Assembly (NCBI GenBank): GCA_046583315.1
Contig: JAYGCN010000004.1
Location: 1-17,205, forward strand
Length of the DNA stretch: 17,205 nucleotides
Source: Candidatus Hydrogenedentota bacterium
GTDB lineage: Bacteria > Hydrogenedentota > Hydrogenedentia > Hydrogenedentales > GCA-2746185
Direction of reading: 5' to 3'
The translations under genes were made by a program, and so were the position numbers. Shown piece after piece: positions 1-6,691 of this stretch. The notes below the pieces were generated by a model that searched no databases, was not told where the DNA came from, and saw only the letters and a program-made list of their open reading frames with translations. Numbering within the stretch: the stretch's first letter is position 1; the number at the start of each line of letters is the position of its first letter.

Positions 1-1161
1 GACAACGTCTATGCGGAATTCACCGCGACGGGAAACAGTCTCACCGGCGGTTACGTGTACTCGAATGGACTCGATTCCATTCCCTTCGACCAAATGCGCG
101 CGACGTGGGACCTGTACGGCGGGGCCGATCCCTTGACCGAAGTCGATCCCGTGCGCCTCGTCCTCAAATTCGCCGCGGCGGATCGTGCCGATATTTATTA
201 TCCACGCGGCAATACCTCGCAACCCGCGCGCGCCATCATGACGCGCCGCCACTACCAACTCGATCCCCTTCAAGTCTGGTGGATGCGCGAAGTCAACACC
301 GCGATCGTTCGCGACAATATTCCCGCCGATGGCATCACCCGTACACCCGATTTCACCTGGGTCATCGACAACCAGCCGCGACCGATATTGCAGAATGGCG
401 ATCCGGTATTACCCTTATATCAATACGAAATATGGAACACGGCTGTCAGTGCGAACGTGGATGATCATCGTGACGGACCGTATGGAAGCCCTGTAGCAAG
501 TGGATGGATCCCCGATCGATTCCGCATACCCACCGGATTGACAGAAAAGACTTGGTATCTGTTTGTCGTAATGGCCGTTGACGAATCCGGTAACGCCGAA
601 CAATGGCCCGCCAATCTGCCTATCGATGGTAGCAACCAAATCAACATCGAACAAAATATTACCTCCGATTCCAACTGGCGACGTTTTTATTATCCAGCCA
701 TCGAATCAGAAATCGATACGCGGGTGACTGCCGAGTTTTGGCACGATGTGAATTCGAACGGATTTATAGATGACCCTGAGCCGTACTTCGGGAATCAGAC
801 TATTATTCCGATGCCTGCCACTACGCCGCCAACCGTTAACGCACTGTTTACCGGAGAAGTTATATCGTCATTGGTTGTCGATACGGAAATCGATTGGACT
901 CTTTACGAGAACGGTGTGCAGATTGGTACGGGAACAGGCCCGACATTTCCATGGCCGAATTTGGGTGATCCGTCGCGCCTTCGACCATACAATTATGTAC
1001 TAACCGCCCAAGGTAGGACTGACGCAGGCGCGCCTTTCATCGTAGACCCGACCCCTGTGAACATTCGCTTCACGGTGGTGCCAGAAACGAACATTACTGA
1101 ATATCTGAAGAATAGTCAGACCGATGACGCGCAGCCCTTCAAGGACTTCGATCGAGAATAA
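1..1161 (+). CDS. C-terminal part of a large secreted/surface protein with Ig/FN3-like beta-sandwich modules (5'-truncated by the window)
   Basis: Frame is open from base 1 (DNVYAEFTATGNSLTGGYV...), so the GTG at 55 is internal. The sequence is acidic and rich in Pro/Thr/Trp. It has Ig-like strand motifs (FVVMAVDESGN; YVLTAQG...VDPTPVNIRFTV) and a DxNxNGxxD Ca-binding-like loop (WHDVNSNGFIDDPE). Stop TAA ends at 1161. Confidence 0.7.
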   Translation, partial: DNVYAEFTATGNSLTGGYVYSNGLDSIPFDQMRATWDLYGGADPLTEVDPVRLVLKFAAADRADIYYPRGNTSQPARAIMTRRHYQLDPLQVWWMREVNTAIVRDNIPADGITRTPDFTWVIDNQPRPILQNGDPVLPLYQYEIWNTAVSANVDDHRDGPYGSPVASGWIPDRFRIPTGLTEKTWYLFVVMAVDESGNAEQWPANLPIDGSNQINIEQNITSDSNWRRFYYPAIESEIDTRVTAEFWHDVNSNGFIDDPEPYFGNQTIIPMPATTPPTVNALFTGEVISSLVVDTEIDWTLYENGVQIGTGTGPTFPWPNLGDPSRLRPYNYVLTAQGRTDAGAPFIVDPTPVNIRFTVVPETNITEYLKNSQTDDAQPFKDFDRE

Positions 1162-1182
1162 AGTTGTCACTTTCAATTTTTA

Positions 1183-1211
1183 TTGCATAATTCCGCATAT
1201 TTGTGTTTAAT
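1183..1211 (+). promoter_or_regulatory. Putative sigma70 promoter of the PEGA/FGE gene
   Basis: TTGCAT (1183-1188), 17 nt, TTTAAT (1206-1211) in an AT-rich gap. It overlaps the ORF-track GTG at 1203, which favours the ATG at 1293 as the start. Confidence 0.45.
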
Positions 1212-1292
1212 AGCATTAATCACGGCGTGAGGGTGTGCCTGACGGCGCGCGATGTACCATGGTGGGCACAAATCGGGAGTTGTGACACAGGT

Positions 1293-2675
1293 ATGAGGCG
1301 AAGACACGTCCATAGTATTACTCAATTGGCGGGAGCCTTTGTTGCCATTGGCTTCATCGTTCTGCTTTCCGACTGTTCATCGCCCGAGCCCGAGACCGCC
1401 ACGATCATCGTTATCTCAACACCCGCCGGCGCCAGAGTCATGGTTGACGGAACGCCCTATGGCACCACCCCGGTGACCATCCCGGATTTGGCGCTTGGCG
1501 AGCACTACGTCATTCTCCAGATAAAAGATCATCGTCGCCTGAACAAGCGCATCACGCTCAACGTTGCCGAAACGGTCGAATACAATCTCGACATGGAGCA
1601 CTTTTTCGGCGAGGTGAAATTTTCGACCACGCCACCCGGAGCCGATGTGACCATCATCAGCAAGAACGGCCCGGTGACTGTCGGACAGACCCCGCTCGAG
1701 CAATTCGAGCTGGACACCGGGAATTATACCTTCGAGATAAGCCTGGCCAATCACCATACCATCCAGGGAGAAATTATAATCGAAGAAGGCGGATATTACG
1801 TCCAGGATTTTCCGCTGGTAGCCATGGAGTCTCAGATTCAGCTGTTCAGCAGGCCGACCGATGGCGATATCTATATCAATGACGAATTACGCATCGAAAA
1901 AACACCGGCAAGGATTACCCTGCTTCCCGGCGAATATACCGTGGGCATCTACAAAATCGGGCACATGATTCATGAAGAAACGGTGACGCTGATACCCAAC
2001 GATATGCAACGTATCGAAGCGGTACTCAAACAAGGGAATATGCCTCTGGGTATGGTATTGATACCCGCTGGCGAATTTTTATTTGGCGATGACGACAAAT
2101 CGCCCGACGAGAAGCCTAAAATAAGTGTTACGCTGCCAGATTTCTATATGGACAAGTACGAAGTCACGAATCTCCAGTTTAAGGAGGTGTTTCCGGGCCA
2201 CAAGTATGAAGAAGGTCGCGACAACTACCCCGTGCAAAATGTATCCTGGAAGCAAGCGGACGAATATGCGCGCGCGGAAGGAAAGCGCCTGCCTACTGAG
2301 CAAGAATGGGAGAAAGCGGCGCGCGGCATTCAAGGCGGCGAATATCCGTGGGGTACCATATTCAAACCGGATTTCCTCAATTATCTTGGGCATTCCATTG
2401 CCGACAGTAAGAAAGTAGGCACCTACCGAAAAGGCGTATCCCGATACGGATGTTACGATATGGCCGGCAACGTCTACGAGTGGGTCGCAGACTGGTACAA
2501 CCCCTACCCCAACAACCCCGACGTACGCATCGACTACGGCACTGTATACAAAGTGTTACGTGGCGGTTCCTTCGCGAGCGACTCGTTTGAGGTGCGCAGT
2601 GCCAAGCGCCATTACAACAAGCCAGACGCCAAACGCGAAGACTACGGCTTCCGTTGTGCCATGGATGCCCATTAA
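1293..2675 (+). CDS. Exported PEGA-repeat + FGE-sulfatase (SUMF1/C-type-lectin fold) domain protein, probably non-catalytic
   Basis: From ATG 1293: basic N-terminus, then a hydrophobic stretch ending LLSDC. About three PEGA repeats (STPAGARVMVDG..GTTP; STTPPGADV; SRPTDGDIYIND..KTP). FGE motifs: FYMDKYEVTN, PVQNVSW, RLPTEQEWEKAARG, YDMAGNVYEW, RGGSF, GFRC. The ORF-track start at 1203 is less likely. Confidence 0.88.
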   Translation: MRRRHVHSITQLAGAFVAIGFIVLLSDCSSPEPETATIIVISTPAGARVMVDGTPYGTTPVTIPDLALGEHYVILQIKDHRRLNKRITLNVAETVEYNLDMEHFFGEVKFSTTPPGADVTIISKNGPVTVGQTPLEQFELDTGNYTFEISLANHHTIQGEIIIEEGGYYVQDFPLVAMESQIQLFSRPTDGDIYINDELRIEKTPARITLLPGEYTVGIYKIGHMIHEETVTLIPNDMQRIEAVLKQGNMPLGMVLIPAGEFLFGDDDKSPDEKPKISVTLPDFYMDKYEVTNLQFKEVFPGHKYEEGRDNYPVQNVSWKQADEYARAEGKRLPTEQEWEKAARGIQGGEYPWGTIFKPDFLNYLGHSIADSKKVGTYRKGVSRYGCYDMAGNVYEWVADWYNPYPNNPDVRIDYGTVYKVLRGGSFASDSFEVRSAKRHYNKPDAKREDYGFRCAMDAH

Positions 2676-2736
2676 TCTTGCTCCGCTTTTGCGCGAAATT
2701 CACACCTTCGAAACTATTGTCAATTGTCCAATCATC

Positions 2737-2765
2737 TTGACATCCAATCTATGTTGTATTACAAT
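2737..2765 (+). promoter_or_regulatory. Sigma70 promoter P1 of the pilMN-O-P module
   Basis: TTGACA (2737-2742), 17 nt, TACAAT (2760-2765): 11 of 12 consensus bases with optimal spacing. Confidence 0.7.
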
Positions 2766-2853
2766 GAACTGTAACGATTTACAGCGAAAACGAAGTGCGA
2801 TTTGAGATCCGATATCACACTAATCTCATTTCAATAAAATTTCACTCGAAATG

Positions 2854-2882
2854 TTGACTCAAACCACTGGTTTCGTCAAAAT
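2854..2882 (+). promoter_or_regulatory. Second putative promoter, embedded in a dyad, upstream of pilM
   Basis: TTGACT (2854-2859), 17 nt, CAAAAT (2877-2882). The same stretch is an inverted repeat TTGAC-tc-AAACCA-c-TGGTTT-c-GTCAA. SD GGAGGT at 2895-2900. Confidence 0.45.
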
Positions 2883-2905
2883 GTACGAAGAATTGGAGGT
2901 CGGTC

Positions 2906-4945
2906 ATGGCTTTTTCAAAATCACGCGCTCCCAATCGCCTGGTCCTCGATATAGGTACCAGTGCCGTACGTCTGTGTGAACTATCCCAAACAAAGGCCGG
3001 ATTCCAGCTGTCCAAATATTATCAGCGCGAATTCAATATCGATCCCGCGATGGATGAGGCCGATAAGCAGGACAGGCGTGCCGAAGTGCTCGGTGCGCTA
3101 CTCAATGAAGCCAAAGTCCGATCCCGAAAAGCCATCGTTGCCGTTCCCGGGCAATCCGTGTTTACGCGCAACCGCCCATTGCCGCCCGTACCGGAATACA
3201 AAGTTACCCAGATAGTCCGCTACGAAATTCAACAACAGATTCCCTTTTCACTAAACGAGATCGCGTTGGACTATCAGGTGCTTGATCGTACCGAAGTCGG
3301 CGGATACGATGTCATGATGGCGGCCATCAAGGTCGATGTCGTCGAAAAACAGCTCGAGATACTCAGCCGAGTTAAACGAACGGTAAGCATAGTCGATGTT
3401 TCGCCCCTGGCTGCTTATAACTGGCTTACCCATACCGGCGATTTCGGCGAAGATGGACAGTGCATCGCTCTGGTCGATATGGGCGCAACCACCACCGATA
3501 TTGTCATTCAGAAAGACAATCAATTCAAATTTACCCGTAGTCTGCACGTGGGCGGGAACGACGTGACCTCAGCACTTGCCTCCGCGTTCAATATGCCTTT
3601 TGAAGAAGCCGAGCGACTCAAACGCGAAAAAGCGTTTGCGCCAACCGGAGATGCCAATCGCGATGGACGTGGCGGCGAAGTAACCGGTCGCGTGCTGGGT
3701 CGCTTGGTCGGAGAAATCAATCGTTCCTTCGCGTATTTTCGTTCACAGCCTGGTGGAGGACCCGTTACGCGTGTGATTATTACGGGCGGCGGTTCCTGCC
3801 TGCGCAACATCATCCCCTACCTGCAACGTCAATTGAACATCGAAGTACGCATCGCGCAACCTTTGGCCGGACTGGCCATTGGACCCGCCGCGAACGAGGC
3901 CAGCGAACACCCCGAACAGGCCTGCGTCGCACTCGGACTCGCATTGCGTGCTACACAGACCGTGCCTATCGAAATAAATCTGATTCCGCCACGCGTGAAA
4001 GAAGCCACCAAACGCAAAGAACAAATGGTTTATTGGGCGCTGACGTTCTTCGCGATTTTGATCATCATGGCATCCACCATACCGGCCACGGCGGACAAGA
4101 TAGACAAGACACAGGAACGCGTCAAGATACTCAAGAGCATACTGGGTAAATACGATCCGGCTCTCATTAATAATCCACAGGGGCGTTCTTCCTATCAAGA
4201 TGAATTCAATACCGTGTTGAATGATGTAAACAGTTACCGAACGGAAGTGGTCGATTTGGATACCATTCGCCGCGAACAACACTTTTGGGTAAAACAATTG
4301 CACATGATCAATGATGCACGTCCCCAGGGTATTGGCATCAGCTCGTTCCAGACCATCGTGCTCGGTGGCAAAGGCAATACGGGGCGAAAAGCCTATGAAA
4401 TAGCCAATCCCGATAAAGTAATCGATACCATTGAGAAGCCTGAAGCACCGAAACCTCAAGCCCAAAACGAGCCGACCGGTGGTATGAGTAGCTTTAGGGT
4501 TGATGTCTCAAAACTTAAATCCTCAAGCGGAGATATCCTGGCCTTTCCGGGCATTGCCGCTTCCACTTCGATTCTGGAGCCAAATGCCGTAGCCATTACG
4601 GGCTACGCCTACGATATACCGACCGTTCAAGAGTTTGAACGACGACTCAAAGAGACGGAAGGCGTGATCGTAAACGGTGTATATCTACACGTGAAAGATA
4701 TAGAAAAAGTTGATTTATCGGAACTGGATTCTGCCAATTTTGGGTCGTTGGAATCGACCGCACCCAAGAAAAAGACCGGTGGCGGCGGTAGCGACAAAGG
4801 GATCAGGATCAGTATCGACGCTTCAACTATCGCGCGCAGTTCCAGTTCATTCAATTCAGCTATAGCGAGTGGCATAGAAGTGTTTCGATTTGATATTGAA
4901 ATACAGTTCATGGGCGAAGCAATAAAATTTGACCAGAGTCAATAG
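2906..4945 (+). CDS. pilM: Type IV pilus assembly protein PilM fused to a PilN-like membrane/periplasmic domain
   Basis: The N-terminal ~350 aa are actin-like PilM (VLDIGT, YEIQQQIPF..IALDYQ, DVSPLA, VDMGATTT, GGNDVT, EINRSFAYF, ITGGGS, VALGLALR). This is followed directly by the PilN signature INLIP (~aa 357), a TM helix (MVYWALTFFAILIIMA), a coiled coil and a ferredoxin-like part (ITGYA...FERRL). Strong SD. Confidence 0.9.
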   Translation: MAFSKSRAPNRLVLDIGTSAVRLCELSQTKAGFQLSKYYQREFNIDPAMDEADKQDRRAEVLGALLNEAKVRSRKAIVAVPGQSVFTRNRPLPPVPEYKVTQIVRYEIQQQIPFSLNEIALDYQVLDRTEVGGYDVMMAAIKVDVVEKQLEILSRVKRTVSIVDVSPLAAYNWLTHTGDFGEDGQCIALVDMGATTTDIVIQKDNQFKFTRSLHVGGNDVTSALASAFNMPFEEAERLKREKAFAPTGDANRDGRGGEVTGRVLGRLVGEINRSFAYFRSQPGGGPVTRVIITGGGSCLRNIIPYLQRQLNIEVRIAQPLAGLAIGPAANEASEHPEQACVALGLALRATQTVPIEINLIPPRVKEATKRKEQMVYWALTFFAILIIMASTIPATADKIDKTQERVKILKSILGKYDPALINNPQGRSSYQDEFNTVLNDVNSYRTEVVDLDTIRREQHFWVKQLHMINDARPQGIGISSFQTIVLGGKGNTGRKAYEIANPDKVIDTIEKPEAPKPQAQNEPTGGMSSFRVDVSKLKSSSGDILAFPGIAASTSILEPNAVAITGYAYDIPTVQEFERRLKETEGVIVNGVYLHVKDIEKVDLSELDSANFGSLESTAPKKKTGGGGSDKGIRISIDASTIARSSSSFNSAIASGIEVFRFDIEIQFMGEAIKFDQSQ

Positions 4946-4974
4946 CTTGTCGGCATAGAAAGAACTAATATTAC

Positions 4975-5907
4975 ATGAAAAAAGGGATTATTATTATGGC
5001 CGTATTTTTTCTGGCCTCTTGTGCCGGAACTTACGCGGTATTCACCAAATACGTCTTGCCCATGCAGCAACAGCTTGCCGAACAGGAAAAAGTAGAAGCG
5101 GCGATTTCCAAAAAAATTCGTGAGCTCGAGGTGGAATTCGAGCGAACCGTTCCCGATGTCGTTATTCGTGCCCTGCAAGATGAAAAACAGCCTTGGGTAA
5201 ACGCTTCCAAGGCGCGCACCGTTTTCTTCAAGCTCGAAGAAGTGTCCGATATCGAAATTCCCGAAAACGCGATTCCGCGATTCTGGTATGAAGACAAATA
5301 CCCCGAGCTGGAAGACTCCTTATACGAAGCGGCAGGCGCGCGCGGTATTCTGTTGACCTCCGTCGATTTTGATGTGAAGACTCCCAATTTCTTCGGTTCA
5401 GGAACCAATCCCACCCGCGAAGAAATTCTCAAAGAAGTAAACAAATACAATTACGGCATTCAGATGACGAAATTCATTTTCGGGGCCAATCCGAGTACGG
5501 TGGACTCGGTAAATATTTGGCCCAAGAGAAGTGCCTACAACGGGCGCAGCGGAACGGTATACTACCGCACGACCGGATACAGGATTACGGTCATGTGGGA
5601 TGACCTGCTTCGTTTTCTGGAGAGGCTTGCCAGAAGCGATTACTATGTGACGGTGGACGCGATTAAAGTCACGAATAAAACACTGCGCGATTCCCGGAAT
5701 CCCGATCCCATGAGCGTAGAACTGATTCTTACCGAAGCCCAATTTGAGCCCCACACAGGCGCCATCGCCGGATTGGGTGCCGATGGAGCTGATGGATCTT
5801 CCGGTCTATTCAATATGGCATTTGGCGGTGACAATGCGGCAGCGGAAGCAGAGGAAGAATCTTCTGGAATCATGGGATTCCTCAAGAAACTTAATCCCTT
5901 CGACTAA
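4975..5907 (+). CDS. PilO/GspM-like alignment subcomplex protein
   Basis: N-terminal TM followed by a coiled coil (QQQLAEQEKVEAAISKKIRELE). PilO-like ferredoxin motif ITVMWDDLLRFLERLARSDYYVTVDAIKV. Lies directly after pilMN. Confidence 0.75.
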   Translation: MKKGIIIMAVFFLASCAGTYAVFTKYVLPMQQQLAEQEKVEAAISKKIRELEVEFERTVPDVVIRALQDEKQPWVNASKARTVFFKLEEVSDIEIPENAIPRFWYEDKYPELEDSLYEAAGARGILLTSVDFDVKTPNFFGSGTNPTREEILKEVNKYNYGIQMTKFIFGANPSTVDSVNIWPKRSAYNGRSGTVYYRTTGYRITVMWDDLLRFLERLARSDYYVTVDAIKVTNKTLRDSRNPDPMSVELILTEAQFEPHTGAIAGLGADGADGSSGLFNMAFGGDNAAAEAEEESSGIMGFLKKLNPFD

Positions 5908-5943
5908 TTTCTGGAAGCAGATCACACATAATTAGAAGGTACT

Positions 5944-6447
5944 ATGAACAAAATACGGAAAATAGCCGGCTGGTGCTGGGAGACCAAAGAGCGTATCGTT
6001 CTGGCGGTGATGGTAATCCTGCTTGGGTATCGCGTTTATTCACTGGTATATACACCGGAGAATAACGATCCCAATCGTATGCCGATCAAGCCGGGAGACC
6101 AGTATCAGGGAGACGTGCTAACTCCGCCGCTGATTCCGCCGCCCTACGACATGGATCCCGTAACCCGGCTCATCCGAAATCCACCCTTTAACTATACGAC
6201 CCCCAGGGGAGGCACGGACACCAGAGGTCCGGGCGCCGAAGACGCAGGTGAGATTCGGGTATTACGTATTGTGGAGGGTGCGGATGGCAGATACAAAGCT
6301 CGTATTACCACCGGCGCATCCAAGAAACTTATCCTGGAAGGCGAAAAATTTGAGAGTTACCAGTTGATGACCATCGACCCTGACACGGGTTGCTGTGAGA
6401 TCTATTCCGAGATCTTGAGCAAGCTAATCGAGGTCTGTATTGAGTAA
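5944..6447 (+). CDS. Membrane-anchored PilP/GspC-like protein
   Basis: TM segment (IVLAVMVILLGY), Pro-rich linker with RNPPF (cf. PilP RDPF), and a small beta domain (IRVLRIV..YKARI..LILEGEKFESYQLMTID) resembling the PilP/GspC HR fold. Lies between pilO and the secretin gene. Confidence 0.6.
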   Translation: MNKIRKIAGWCWETKERIVLAVMVILLGYRVYSLVYTPENNDPNRMPIKPGDQYQGDVLTPPLIPPPYDMDPVTRLIRNPPFNYTTPRGGTDTRGPGAEDAGEIRVLRIVEGADGRYKARITTGASKKLILEGEKFESYQLMTIDPDTGCCEIYSEILSKLIEVCIE

Positions 6448-6691
6448 AACTGATAATTCTGATTATATAAGGGGTCGAAAAACAAAAATTTATGAGAAAG
6501 TGTTTGATAGATTGCGATAAAGTGTATTAGACTAACGAGTTATTATACTGCATGCGGGTTGCACCTCGTTATCGGTTATCTATTTACAAACTTGAAATAG
6601 TAAAGAACAAATCAACTCTGTGAGCCGGATTTTCGGGTGAGTTGTTTATGTAACGTATCCAGGATAATTCCTGGCAGGAGGAAATAGTTCG

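Noticed and set aside
1203..1292. N-terminal extension from the GTG at 1203
   Set aside because: It overlaps a likely promoter and would bury the signal peptide that begins at ATG 1293.
2460..2675. FGE/C-type-lectin C-terminus as a diversity-generating retroelement target
   Set aside because: I saw no second copy (template repeat) of this region and no reverse transcriptase in the window. A remote DGR cannot be excluded without the genome.
2040..2675. Active formylglycine-generating enzyme
   Set aside because: The catalytic Cys pair after RGGS is absent and there is no sulfatase nearby.
2906..3960. FtsA or MreB
   Set aside because: It shares the actin fold, but PilM-specific motifs, the INLIP+TM continuation and the O-P-secretin context indicate PilM.
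3743..4465. 240-aa antisense ORF and other short overlapping ORFs in the track (e.g. 14741-15292, 15707-16219, 16505-16741)
   Set aside because: They overlap well-supported genes almost completely and have no recognisable motifs.
6448..6691. c-di-GMP-I/II or another known riboswitch
   Set aside because: I could not find the conserved elements (e.g. GGCAAAC/GAAA tetraloop with receptor). It is kept only as an unnamed structured leader.
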